Of a DNA stretch of 64,000 nt, positions 1-9,522 are shown piece by piece. Positions within the stretch are counted from its first letter, which is position 1. Every line of letters begins with the position of its first letter. The notes below the pieces were generated by a model. That model was not told where the DNA came from. It was given only the letters and a program-made list of their open reading frames with translations, and ran no database searches. The stretch lies in NCBI GenBank assembly GCA_965208835.1, contig OZ242358.1, positions 3,584,001 through 3,648,000 on the forward strand. Direction: 5' to 3'. The position numbers and the translations under genes were made by a program. This stretch comes from Candidatus Latescibacterota bacterium (GTDB lineage: Bacteria > Latescibacterota > UBA2968 > GCA-2709665).

Positions 1-2
1 CG

Positions 3-2333
3 GTCCGTAGTTTCCACGCGGTCGCCGGAGGCCGAGTAAATGTGAATGATCGCGTCCGAAGTCAGGCCCACGATGCGAAGGTTGCGGGAGTTGGGATACT
101 GGTGTACACCGTCCACGTAATACGGATTCGGCACGATGAGCACCTCTTCCGGGAGGCCGGACAACAAGGCCTGGAACGGCTTGCGATTGTCGCCGTCATA
201 CGTTCTGGCGGTCGACGGACCCCAGCCGCTCTCATATCCTCTTCGGATGTTGTTCTGCACGCGTTCGCTGGGGATGTCGTCGATGGTCATCCCGCTGTTC
301 CACGTGTAGGAATCCACGCCTCTGGCATACGGGCGGGCGGAGTAGAAGTAGGAAAAGCCGGCCGTGGTCTCCAGGTCTTCGTATTCATAGACGCCGTCGG
401 CGTTGATACCCCATTCGCCCCGGGGCAATCCAGCCGGACTGACCGAAGACCCGCTCGAACCGTTCTCGATGATCCCGTAGAGCTCCCACGGGCCCCAAGA
501 GAACCACTCGGATTTGTACAGGCGGACGCCGAGTACATCCTGTTCGCCCGTGTACGGGTTGACCGCGGACTCGGACTCTCTGCCCCACCGGATCAACTGC
601 TTGGCTTTGGTGGAAGACGTGAGATTGTCCGCCGAAATATAAGCCTCGGTGGGCGAGGCCGGCACCTGGTAGTTGTTGTCATACACCCAGTGGGCCAACT
701 TCAGATTCTCCAGGGCGGCCTTCTCGCCGGCGGTCTTTACCTTCTGAATCTTGGCCTCAGGCGTCTCAGGTCCCCGGTCCCACTTGATGAGTCCGATGTC
801 CTGCTCATTGGCGGGAATCGGCTCCAGAAGCGACGGGTGGCCCGCTCCCCAGGAAAACACGAGCTTGACAGACTCACCCGCGCCCACGCTGTACGGCCCG
901 TAGACCGTCATGTCGTGGAATACCTTGCGGCTGGCAATGTCGCCCTCATCGGGATTGGCCTGATAGCCCGTGGCCGTAATCACGCCGGCCAACTGCGCGG
1001 CGTCGTGCGTGGTATACGTGGGGTCGTCGAAGTCGCCGGTTGAACGCGCATGCCACCACTGGAACGAACGGGGCTGCATGTCTTCGCCGGGTTGCACGTA
1101 TTTCCCGCGGTCGGCTTCGTTGAACGAGAACTTACCCGCGTCGTCGGCATAGGCAAGCGGCGCCATAAAGTAAGTGCTCGGCGCTCTCGGCTGTCCTTCC
1201 GTCTGAAGAATATTGTAGTTGGAAGGCACGATCGCTTTGAAGAACGGATCGCCGGTATCGTCGTGCGAGGAGAACGGGTTGTCGGAGTCCCTGCGGATGA
1301 CCGCGCGCATGTCCTCGCCCACGAACGCGCCGTTCGCCGAGAATGCGTTCGGATAGCCGTCGGACTCCGTATACCACATCGTGTCATCCATGCCGCGGGC
1401 ATTTGACGCGTAGAAGTTCCAACCGAACTCCTCGAGAATGCCCATGGCCGTCATCGCAGCCACGTTCTTGAACGCGATGTAGAGGTTGTTGATTGGACCC
1501 GGCGCTTCACCCACGCCGTCGCCATCGAAGTCGCCGATGTTGGTGAAGGTAAGGTCCACGATGTAGAAGTCATCGAAGTCCGGGTTGGACCAACTGTAAA
1601 CGCGCCGCTGCATCCGCAACCCGTTCTGTTTGTCGATCCACTGGGCGATGATGGTCTCTTCCGGGATGGTTACGTCCACCAGGTTGTGTGCGCCGAGATT
1701 GAAGTTGGCGATGTGGGCCGGCGGAGTCGATATAGGGTCCCAGTTGGCGCCGTAGAGACTGCCATCGTCGTCGGCCGTCACTCCCGGCCAGTAATTGGCC
1801 AAGGCGCCTCCGGCACCCTGTTCGCCAGGAGAAATCGCACTGTTCGGCATCTCGGCAAGCTGCTCCAACGGATTGGGCTGCCCCCAGTTCTCCTCGGGAT
1901 TGCCCACCGGATCGTATGGGAAGGCCTGGTTGTGTTCCACGATCTGCAGGTTCTCTCGGGGTCCCGTCACCGTGACCGTGCCGCGGTCGGCGTTCAGGAT
2001 CCAGATGCCCTCGCCACCCGAGACCTTGTAGTCGTTGTACATCTGCGACTTCTGGTTGGACGTGAACTGGGAGAGCACGGCGCCGAACGAACCCGGGCCG
2101 TTGCCGTTCCAGGGATAGGCGTTGCGCCTGTAGCCGCGCCCCCACTCCTGGTTGCCGCCCATACCGCCGATGTTGTTGTAACTGTTGGATATCAGCGACC
2201 GCAGGTTATACCTGCTGGATATGTTGTCGGGAGTGGCCTGCGCATCGGCCGGAACCGGCTGAAATACAACCGCAGCCAGCGCAAGGCAGCTGATGCCAAC
2301 CAACCCCTTGGTGATGAAATTCAATCGTTTCAT
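3..2333 (-). CDS. Large secreted protein with C-terminal VPNPY / FlgD-Ig / T9SS-CTD-like domain (TBDR partner); 3' end runs off the window
   Basis: Absent from the ORF track because there is no stop in the window. ATG at 2333 with GGAGG RBS; signal peptide MKRLNFITKGLVGISCLALAAVVFQPVPADA. Spot-checked segments translate in one frame: ...WSNPDFDDFYIVDLTFTNIGDFDGDG... and ...VLIVPNPYYVDGVHQYPNSRNLRIVGLTSDAIIHIYSASGDRV at the left edge. Confidence 0.8.
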   Translation of the reverse strand, partial: MKRLNFITKGLVGISCLALAAVVFQPVPADAQATPDNISSRYNLRSLISNSYNNIGGMGGNQEWGRGYRRNAYPWNGNGPGSFGAVLSQFTSNQKSQMYNDYKVSGGEGIWILNADRGTVTVTGPRENLQIVEHNQAFPYDPVGNPEENWGQPNPLEQLAEMPNSAISPGEQGAGGALANYWPGVTADDDGSLYGANWDPISTPPAHIANFNLGAHNLVDVTIPEETIIAQWIDKQNGLRMQRRVYSWSNPDFDDFYIVDLTFTNIGDFDGDGVGEAPGPINNLYIAFKNVAAMTAMGILEEFGWNFYASNARGMDDTMWYTESDGYPNAFSANGAFVGEDMRAVIRRDSDNPFSSHDDTGDPFFKAIVPSNYNILQTEGQPRAPSTYFMAPLAYADDAGKFSFNEADRGKYVQPGEDMQPRSFQWWHARSTGDFDDPTYTTHDAAQLAGVITATGYQANPDEGDIASRKVFHDMTVYGPYSVGAGESVKLVFSWGAGHPSLLEPIPANEQDIGLIKWDRGPETPEAKIQKVKTAGEKAALENLKLAHWVYDNNYQVPASPTEAYISADNLTSSTKAKQLIRWGRESESAVNPYTGEQDVLGVRLYKSEWFSWGPWELYGIIENGSSGSSVSPAGLPRGEWGINADGVYEYEDLETTAGFSYFYSARPYARGVDSYTWNSGMTIDDIPSERVQNNIRRGYESGWGPSTARTYDGDNRKPFQALLSGLPEEVLIVPNPYYVDGVHQYPNSRNLRIVGLTSDAIIHIYSASGDRVETTD

Positions 2334-2373
2334 ATCCTTCTCTGCCTCCATTCGAAAGCATTACGGAGCAGAC

Positions 2374-2408
2374 GCTCCGGAAGCGAGCGAAGCCGCCGCT
2401 TCCGGAGC
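2374..2408. other. Intergenic GC-rich stem-loop without U-tract
   Basis: Perfect 12-bp inverted repeat GCTCCGGAAGCG...CGCTTCCGGAGC between the TBDR stop and the next RBS. Confidence 0.6.
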
Positions 2409-2417
2409 ACCACTACC

Positions 2418-5400
2418 TTACCAGTTAACGCGCAGCCCGAACTGGGCGAGACGCGGCGAATGCGCGTAAGTACGATCCCGGCTGTCGCCGTAATTCAAGT
2501 AATTCTTGTCGTCCGGTGTGGGTCCGTCCAGTCCGATATACGTCCAGAGGTTCCTGTTCGACGGGCTGGTCCGGTCCTTCTGGTTGAAGACGTTCCGGAT
2601 GTCGGCGAAGAGTGTGGGCTGCACCCGACCGGTCACGTTAAAGGTTTTCTCGATGGCCAGGTCGGTCCGCGAATCCAGTGCGAGGTCGCGGTAGTACCGG
2701 TTTCCGCCTTCTGGCGGGGCGTAGTTGAAGATGCCGCCCGTCTGGATGCGGGAGGTAACGTTCAGCCGGAAATTCTTGAGCAGGGTCCCGACAAAGGCGT
2801 GACCGAATTCGAAATCATCCGGGAACGACGCCAGAAGCGAGAAGCTTCCGAAGTTACGTCGGTCGCCGCTCTTGGGGCGGAAGAACAATGTGGTGTAGCT
2901 GCCCGTGTTGATCTTGACCGAGCAGTTCGGACCGCAGTTCCCCAGGGCGGGGTTGTCGACCGGCCGGAGGCCGTCCCACACGCCTGTCCCCAACTGACCG
3001 CCTTTGGCCCGCGATCCATCGTGGTAGCTCTGGCCCTGCTGCGCGAACTTGACCAGGTCGTCGCCGGTCAGCCGGCGAGGCGCCTCGCTGCCGTCCGGAA
3101 GCGCGTCCCAGTAAATCCAGAAATTCGGGACGGTGATACCGCGGTCGGTAAAGGCGTTGGTGGTGGCCAGATGTACAGTCGTAGCCGAGTCCAGGTACAC
3201 GTTCCGGATCACGTTACCCAGCTTGCCCGTGGTGATCTGCGACCACTGGTAATTGTACGAAACGTTGAAGGAGAAGTTGTGCGAAAAGGACTTGCGGATG
3301 GACATTTCGACGCCGCGGGTATCGCCGTAAGCGCCATTGTCCAGGGTCCTCGAATAAGGAATCCAGAAGTCCCTCGGCCCGACCCACGTCTCGTTGGGAT
3401 ACGACGTGTAGTGGTCAACCTCACTCTTGTAATACGCGGTCAACGTGGCCGTGTAGTCGCTCACGAAGTTCCAGTCGGCGCCCACCTCGAAGGCCGTTGT
3501 CTTGGCGGGTTGCAGGAGGTGCAGCCCGTTCTGGCCTGAGTAGGTGGTGCGGAAGTTGTTCAACCGCTCCGTGGCGTCGATCCGGCCGTTCTCGTTCACG
3601 TCACGGTCGCCGGCGTCGCCGGAGGTCCAGTAGTCCTCACCGAAGTAATACCAGAGATCCGCCCACTGCAGGAACACGCCCGTGGAGAACCGCATCTGCG
3701 ATCGCTCCGTGATCGGATGCGAGACGCCGATCCGGGGGCTGAACTTCACGTGCCAGGGCGCATCCGTGACCCACAGGGAGCCTTCCTGGTACGCCCAATC
3801 GCGCGCGCGGGTATAATAGCGGAACATGGAACTTCCGCGGTACGCGCCGAAGGTCAACTGGCGGGAGTTCGGGTTGAACGTATCCAGGCGGACGCCCAGG
3901 TTCACGATCATCCCCTGGAACTCCATTTTATCCTGGACGTAGGCGTTCAGGAAGAAGGGCTTCACCTTCTCGCCCATCTGGCCTTCGTTGGCGATTATCC
4001 GCATGTTACGGGCGGCCGGTGTGGAGTCGTACCTGAGAATCATCGTGAGGGCGCTGGTCTGGTACTCGACCCCGGCCTTCATGAAGTTTCCTTTGGTGAT
4101 CTGCGACGACAGATCGACCTTCGCGCCGATGCGCTGGCGGTCGTGCTGCCCATATCGGGCGGCCTGCCGTCCGATGCTGAACCACCCTGCCTGGTCCCGG
4201 AAAATTTCTCCGGTTACGTCGTGGGTCCCGCTGACCGTGTCCATTCTGGACCGGGAGTGCGAAATCCTGACTTCGTAGAACGTGCGAGGGGACAGTGTGT
4301 GCGTAAGCACAGCGTATTGCAGTTCTTCGCTGAGCTCATGCAGGCCGGCCGCCGACCACTTCTCGGGCAGGAACAGGTCGCGCCCCGTGCCGCGCCTCAT
4401 CGCGCCGCCGCCGCTGCCATGGCGTCCGCCGAAGAGGTCAGGATTGCCGTTCGAATACCAGTCCCATCCCAGATACATTCCACCGACTTTAAACTTGAGA
4501 TTGGCGGTGGGCTTGATCGTAATACTTCCGGAAACGTTGATGTTGCCCGGATCGTCCTGGAAACGGCCGCGGTCATCGTAGAAACCGACGCGCTCGGCCC
4601 GCGGCGTGACTGCCGCGTACCTGCCGTGCTTGGCCGTGGCCACGAACGACGCTCTCTCTCCGATCGGACCGGACAGATTGCCTTCAACGCCGTAGCCCAC
4701 CCATTCCGTATAATTCGTCCTGACGTGAATCAGCTCGCCGGCGAGGTCCTCGAAAATGGGATGGTTTATCTTTCCGGAGAGATCCGGATATTTTTCGTTG
4801 GCCCAGACGGGGTTGTCCCACATCACCTTGTCCTGGTGCTGCGGGGAGTCGTAGACGTTCTCGCCCCAGTGCTTCTTGCCGGCGGGCTCGTAGCGGAACT
4901 CGCCCCAACCATTTACCTCGCCGCCGCCTTCCTTGGTAATGATCTGAACCACGCCGCCCTGCGCATTGCCGTATTCGGCGGGGGTTACGCCCGTAAGCAC
5001 GGACAATTCCTGGATGGCGCCACGGTTCACTGTGCGGTAGTTGCCGCCCCGGCCGCGACCGTCGTTGTGGTTCATCCGTACGCCGTCCACAACATAGGCC
5101 ACGTCGTTGCCGTACCAGACACGGTCTACGTATCCGCCGCGAATCCGGTTGGACCCGTCTACCGCAACGCCCGGCTGCAACTGCAACAGCTCGGACGTAC
5201 GGCGGGCCGCCGCGAGATTACGCTCAGTCTCTTCGAGCGTAACGGTATACTTGCTGGTGGTTTTGTCCGGCTCCACGAGGGGTCGGCCGGCCGTTACCAC
5301 CAACTCGCCCAGTTCGAGGGCGGTTTCTTTAAGGTTGTAATTAATGGTGGTCGTGTGGTCTGTACTCACCTCCACGCCCGTCTGAGATACGGTTTCGTAT

Positions 5401-5651
5401 CCGATAAGAGACGCTGAAAGGGTATAGACACCGGGCGAGATGTTGATGATGACGTAATACCCGTCGGCATCGGCCGTGGAACCCAGATTGAGTTCCTTGA
5501 TCACGACGTTCGCGCCGGGCAGGACTTCCCCGGCCTGATCGCGGACCACGCCGTTGATCTTGCCTGTGACGCCGGCCTGCAGGTCGCCGGCGACGAGACT
5601 GACGGCAGCGACCGCGACTGCGATTCCGAAAAACAGAAGCTTACGCTTCAT
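2418..5651 (-). CDS. TonB-dependent receptor with N-terminal carboxypeptidase-regulatory-like domain
   Basis: 1077 aa; signal peptide; GKINGVVRD..LPGANV; plug IRGG...YVVDG...AEYGNAQGGVV; C-terminal PRLAQFGLRVNW. Confidence 0.92.
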   Translation of the reverse strand: MKRKLLFFGIAVAVAAVSLVAGDLQAGVTGKINGVVRDQAGEVLPGANVVIKELNLGSTADADGYYVIINISPGVYTLSASLIGYETVSQTGVEVSTDHTTTINYNLKETALELGELVVTAGRPLVEPDKTTSKYTVTLEETERNLAAARRTSELLQLQPGVAVDGSNRIRGGYVDRVWYGNDVAYVVDGVRMNHNDGRGRGGNYRTVNRGAIQELSVLTGVTPAEYGNAQGGVVQIITKEGGGEVNGWGEFRYEPAGKKHWGENVYDSPQHQDKVMWDNPVWANEKYPDLSGKINHPIFEDLAGELIHVRTNYTEWVGYGVEGNLSGPIGERASFVATAKHGRYAAVTPRAERVGFYDDRGRFQDDPGNINVSGSITIKPTANLKFKVGGMYLGWDWYSNGNPDLFGGRHGSGGGAMRRGTGRDLFLPEKWSAAGLHELSEELQYAVLTHTLSPRTFYEVRISHSRSRMDTVSGTHDVTGEIFRDQAGWFSIGRQAARYGQHDRQRIGAKVDLSSQITKGNFMKAGVEYQTSALTMILRYDSTPAARNMRIIANEGQMGEKVKPFFLNAYVQDKMEFQGMIVNLGVRLDTFNPNSRQLTFGAYRGSSMFRYYTRARDWAYQEGSLWVTDAPWHVKFSPRIGVSHPITERSQMRFSTGVFLQWADLWYYFGEDYWTSGDAGDRDVNENGRIDATERLNNFRTTYSGQNGLHLLQPAKTTAFEVGADWNFVSDYTATLTAYYKSEVDHYTSYPNETWVGPRDFWIPYSRTLDNGAYGDTRGVEMSIRKSFSHNFSFNVSYNYQWSQITTGKLGNVIRNVYLDSATTVHLATTNAFTDRGITVPNFWIYWDALPDGSEAPRRLTGDDLVKFAQQGQSYHDGSRAKGGQLGTGVWDGLRPVDNPALGNCGPNCSVKINTGSYTTLFFRPKSGDRRNFGSFSLLASFPDDFEFGHAFVGTLLKNFRLNVTSRIQTGGIFNYAPPEGGNRYYRDLALDSRTDLAIEKTFNVTGRVQPTLFADIRNVFNQKDRTSPSNRNLWTYIGLDGPTPDDKNYLNYGDSRDRTYAHSPRLAQFGLRVNW

Positions 5652-5694
5652 TGTGAAACCTCCTTCGTTGGGTTGTTACCCCGGCTGCGTTGAA

Positions 5695-6414
5695 TTAACG
5701 CCAGAAGTAAAACTTCATTTGCACGCCGACGTCGACCAAATGCATGGGGCGCACCTTCTCCAGCCCGTAGAAGAGCATATTGCGCAATTCGCCCACAACG
5801 AAGTTGTAGCGCGCGCGCAGGTCGACGGCCAGGTTCTGGGTGACGAAACCCTCGACACCGACGCCGGCGTTGGCGCCGATGGTGTATCGCTGATCAACCT
5901 GGTCTTCCATGACAAAGTCCAGATCAATGGGGTCGTTCGTCTGGCGTGAATAAACCAGGTTGCTGTTGATCGCGTAATAGCGATAAAGACCGCCTCCAAC
6001 CAGGAGATAATACCGGTAATCTCTGGCCTTGAACCCGTGGGTGGCGTTCTCTTCGCCGACGAAAAGCAGGCCGTTCACGATGAGGTTGTTCCACGTGATT
6101 TCGGACCGGCCGTTCGGGTGCGGGTATTCCTGCTGGTCGATCGGGTATTCCCAGAGATCGGATGCCGGTTTCCCGTTGGTGAACTTCGAGTAATTGTACT
6201 CGACTTCAATAACGGTACGCTGGCTGGCGACATAGCTTAACGTGGCTCCGTATTTGCCAGTGGCGTCCCAGCGCTCCCCGAGCCGATGCATCGGGATATT
6301 GTAATCGGCGATCCCGCCAACCGCCCATCTGCCTTCCTGGGCCTCTGCGCTGTTCGAAAGACCCACTGCGGCCAGCGCAAAAACAGCCAGAAGAGCAATA
6401 CGCACAACTTTCAT
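5695..6414 (-). CDS. Small outer-membrane beta-barrel protein (OmpA/OmpW-like fold)
   Basis: 239 aa; signal peptide; amphipathic strands (IGANAGVGVEGF, LAVDLRARYNFV); C-terminal VGVQMKFYF; GGAGG RBS. Confidence 0.8.
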   Translation of the reverse strand: MKVVRIALLAVFALAAVGLSNSAEAQEGRWAVGGIADYNIPMHRLGERWDATGKYGATLSYVASQRTVIEVEYNYSKFTNGKPASDLWEYPIDQQEYPHPNGRSEITWNNLIVNGLLFVGEENATHGFKARDYRYYLLVGGGLYRYYAINSNLVYSRQTNDPIDLDFVMEDQVDQRYTIGANAGVGVEGFVTQNLAVDLRARYNFVVGELRNMLFYGLEKVRPMHLVDVGVQMKFYFWR

Positions 6415-6708
6415 CTACTCACCTCCCCATATGAGAGTGAATGATGCGGAAACTCCCCTCCGCCCATCACTTCGTCCCACGAACGGAATTTGCGAAGCAG
6501 ACTCCTCTCTTCTCGATACACGGCCTCCTTTCTTCCCGGGCTCCACATTAACAAAAAGGGGCACAATCCTGAACATAAAAACATCATGCGATTACGCCCC
6601 GCCGTTCGCCAAAACTGGCCTGTAGTGTAAATAATACATATGAAGAACCGATGACACCTGATGATTTAATTCTGGCACACTTCCCCTGTTTTTTTAATGA
6701 TTCCATAA

Positions 6709-6737
6709 AATTTAGTTGGCGCAAATGCATTTGTCAA
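6709..6737 (-). promoter_or_regulatory. Putative sigma70 promoter of the OMP-TBDR operon with overlapping palindrome
   Basis: Minus strand TTGACA-17nt-TAAATT in an AT-rich patch; perfect palindrome CAAATGCATTTG at 6722-6733. Confidence 0.55.
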
Positions 6738-6903
6738 GTTTTTTTTATCGGCCGGTTGTGGAGGAAACTTTTTTTCGCACAGCACACGAAGACGCTTCGA
6801 ACATCGGCCGCGGGCGGAATCAGGAGGGAGTATTAACGACCCGTGAAACCTGTTCATCCCCAATAGACAGAGGGACGCTGCGACCGGAAGCCTCCGGCCC
6901 TGG

Positions 6904-7049
6904 CAGCCCGATGAAAAAGCCCATCCGGGCTACGGCCGGCCCTTGCGGTCGAAATACCGCGTTGCGCGCCCTCGCCGATTTGAAGGATGGGACTCGGTCG
7001 CGCGCCTTGTCTTCGACCTCGCCTGCAGAGCGACTCTCTCAACGGACTG
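6904..7049 (+). mobile_element. MITE family A, copy 1 (14-bp internal deletion)
   Basis: CAGCCCGATGAAAAAG...CTCTCAACGGACTG; matches six other copies; flanks CTGG/CTAT. Confidence 0.85.
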
Positions 7050-9455
7050 CTATTTCTCAAGGATCTGAAAACGACCTTCCCGAACCGTCTGCCGACCGGT
7101 CACGAGATCCTTCACCGTCATCTTCACCCGATAGCGCCCCGGTCTGCCTTTGCGCAGGTCCAACTCGACATAGTCAGACTCGTCGGGCGAAGCGCCCACC
7201 TGCCTGTAGCTGACCGAAATCATCTCTCCTGATCCCTTCCGGGCCAGCGTTTTCAGCTTCTTCCGCCCGCGTCGCACTTCGTACCCAACCTCATATCTGG
7301 TGTTACCGAAAGAATCTCGAGTCAGATTGTATATCTCGAAATAGACGTAAACCGGTTCCCCCGATCGAAAGGCCCGGGACGGCGCCGCGTCGATCTGCCA
7401 TCGGCCCCGGACCGACTTCGGATCGGAGACCGGCCCCGCCTCGACGACGCGGTACGCCACCTGGAGATCGCTCAGGATCAACTGCCCGCTGTCGTAGTCG
7501 GGAACCTCGACCTCCTGGTGATAAGCCTGAAGCCGGTTCGTATTCAGCCTGGACATCTGCAACGCCAGTCTGTAGGCGCCGGGCGGTGCGGTCAGGTCGA
7601 CCCGGTCCACGGCCAGCAGCCCCGCCCCCCTTCGGGACGGCGATATCCGCAGGTCCAGCCGGTCCCGTGTCTTCCGCACCTCCTCGGTCCGGTTTTCGAT
7701 CAGCGCAATGCGCCGGTCCAGAGTCACCGTTGTGTCACGGTCTCCGGCCACGAGGACGTTGTCAAGCGGCAGTCCCAGATTCAGCTGAAGATCCGCTTCA
7801 CCGTTTCGGCCACGGAACGTGAGCGCTTCGTAATAGAATTCCATGGGATCCAGATGGGATAAATTGTATCTTTCGGGCAGGTCCTTGGAAATTCGCGCCA
7901 CCCGGGCGCCGGGCGCCAGGTTGGGCAACCGCGTCATCAGCCGGCGCATTGGGCCCTGACGCTGCATGGCGAGCTCGCCCAGATCGTACCCGTCCGGTGT
8001 GGGCTCCGGAGCGAAATCGTAGATGCCGCTGTACAACTCATCCGTAAACACCACCTCCAGCCCGCTCTCGATATCCGCGTATATCCAGACCTCCCATCCC
8101 ACCTTCGAATAGTCCATGCTCGTGGTGACCGGCTTGTAATGCGTCATCCCCACGTCGATTTCCTCAGGACCGCCAAGCGGCTTGCTGTTGGTCCGCCACT
8201 CCGTCTGGGAAAGCGCTTTTTCGACCGTACGGTCCGACCGGATGGGATAAACCGGGCCGATGAAGTTCATGTCCATTCCGCGCCGTCCGTAGAGTTGAAA
8301 CGCCAGCTTTTCCTGAACGCGCTGCACTTTAATGGGAACCTGCGCGTTGATCTGCCTCCAATTGGATTTCCAGTCGGGTTCCCCGTACCTGACGAACACG
8401 CGGCCGCGGGCGTCGAAGGGCCAGGCGATTTCACCGTACAGCGTCATTGCCCGCCAGACGCGACGGTAGTGTTCCACGCGCCGCATTGCGCCGCCGCTCG
8501 TCTGGAACGGGTCGCGCTTGAGCCAGAAGCCCCTCAGAAACGTTTCACGATCTTCCGGCGGCGTGTTCTGATACGCCTGAACATCATCCGGCGCGCCGAC
8601 GTTCGAGATGTCGTAATAGGCCGTCCGCGCCTTCGGGGGCAGCAGTGAGATATACCGCTCGAACGCCCCGAGGGCCTCCTCGTGATCCCCCCAGGCGGCA
8701 AGTACCTGCGCCTCGAGAGGCAATCCCCGCTCCGGACCCATCAACGCCGCCAGTTGAAGCACTTCTTCGTACCGCTCGATTTCCAGAAGGTGCATCGCAA
8801 AGTCGAACGCCGACTCCTCATCGTCGGGTTCGCGCGAAAGGAACTCCCGAAAATACCGGATGGCTTCCGGCGGGTTCCCCAGCGACAGATGGTAATCAGC
8901 AAGCAGCATGTACGACGGCGCATGGTCCGGATCGTGGCGGAGCACTGTCCGGGCCGAGGCCAGTACCTCTTCGTTCTTCTTCAATATCAGGTACGCCCGA
9001 CCCATCAGATGATGGGCGTCGACATAGGTGGAATCTGCACGTACGGCGCGTTCAAGGTTCTTCAACGCCCGCCTGGGGTTGTTCATCAAGTCGAGATAGA
9101 CCCGCCCCAGACCGTACCGCGCCGCCACCAGCGTGGAATCCTGGACCAGCGCGTCCCTGAATCGTGCCCTTGCGCGTTGCGCATCCTTCGCCTTCAGATA
9201 GAGCATTCCGATTCGCACGCGCAGCAGGGCCGGGTTGGGATATGCATTCAGGGCGCCTTCCAGTTTGCCAATCGCCACCCTGATGGAATCCGGGTCGTCA
9301 GACTTCGTCGTGCGGATGTAAACCGCGTCGACCTCGCCGGGCGACAGCGTGTCAGCCCTGGCCGAAGCAGCGCACCATACGATTGCGACAAGGACAAGAA
9401 CGCACAGGAACCCAGGGAAGGACCGGATTTTGCGTACATTTTCCGGACAGGACAT
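7050..9455 (-). CDS. TPR-repeat, GWxTD-domain protein
   Basis: N-terminal hydrophobic signal; several TPR-like helical repeats; FWLKRDP...EHYRRV...WPFDARGRVFVRYGEPD; C-terminal beta/Ig-like region. Start uncertain (ORF track gives 9536). Confidence 0.8.
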   Translation of the reverse strand: MSCPENVRKIRSFPGFLCVLVLVAIVWCAASARADTLSPGEVDAVYIRTTKSDDPDSIRVAIGKLEGALNAYPNPALLRVRIGMLYLKAKDAQRARARFRDALVQDSTLVAARYGLGRVYLDLMNNPRRALKNLERAVRADSTYVDAHHLMGRAYLILKKNEEVLASARTVLRHDPDHAPSYMLLADYHLSLGNPPEAIRYFREFLSREPDDEESAFDFAMHLLEIERYEEVLQLAALMGPERGLPLEAQVLAAWGDHEEALGAFERYISLLPPKARTAYYDISNVGAPDDVQAYQNTPPEDRETFLRGFWLKRDPFQTSGGAMRRVEHYRRVWRAMTLYGEIAWPFDARGRVFVRYGEPDWKSNWRQINAQVPIKVQRVQEKLAFQLYGRRGMDMNFIGPVYPIRSDRTVEKALSQTEWRTNSKPLGGPEEIDVGMTHYKPVTTSMDYSKVGWEVWIYADIESGLEVVFTDELYSGIYDFAPEPTPDGYDLGELAMQRQGPMRRLMTRLPNLAPGARVARISKDLPERYNLSHLDPMEFYYEALTFRGRNGEADLQLNLGLPLDNVLVAGDRDTTVTLDRRIALIENRTEEVRKTRDRLDLRISPSRRGAGLLAVDRVDLTAPPGAYRLALQMSRLNTNRLQAYHQEVEVPDYDSGQLILSDLQVAYRVVEAGPVSDPKSVRGRWQIDAAPSRAFRSGEPVYVYFEIYNLTRDSFGNTRYEVGYEVRRGRKKLKTLARKGSGEMISVSYRQVGASPDESDYVELDLRKGRPGRYRVKMTVKDLVTGRQTVREGRFQILEK

Positions 9456-9522
9456 CTCGTCAAGCCTCCCGGTACAATAATGTCTAGACCTTATGTATCG
9501 ATGTGAACGATCAAGCTGACTA

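Noticed and set aside
42-5417. Long plus-strand ORFs (333, 617 and 566 aa) and similar antisense ORFs elsewhere (e.g. 11251-13401, 42488-44149)
   Set aside because: Shadow frames opposite well-supported genes; expected from high-GC codon bias; no recognisable motifs
6455-6500. Resemblance to a c-di-GMP-I riboswitch (GCAAA...GGGACG) in the TBDR operon leader
   Set aside because: No GNRA tetraloop or receptor and no convincing second stem; would need an Rfam hit
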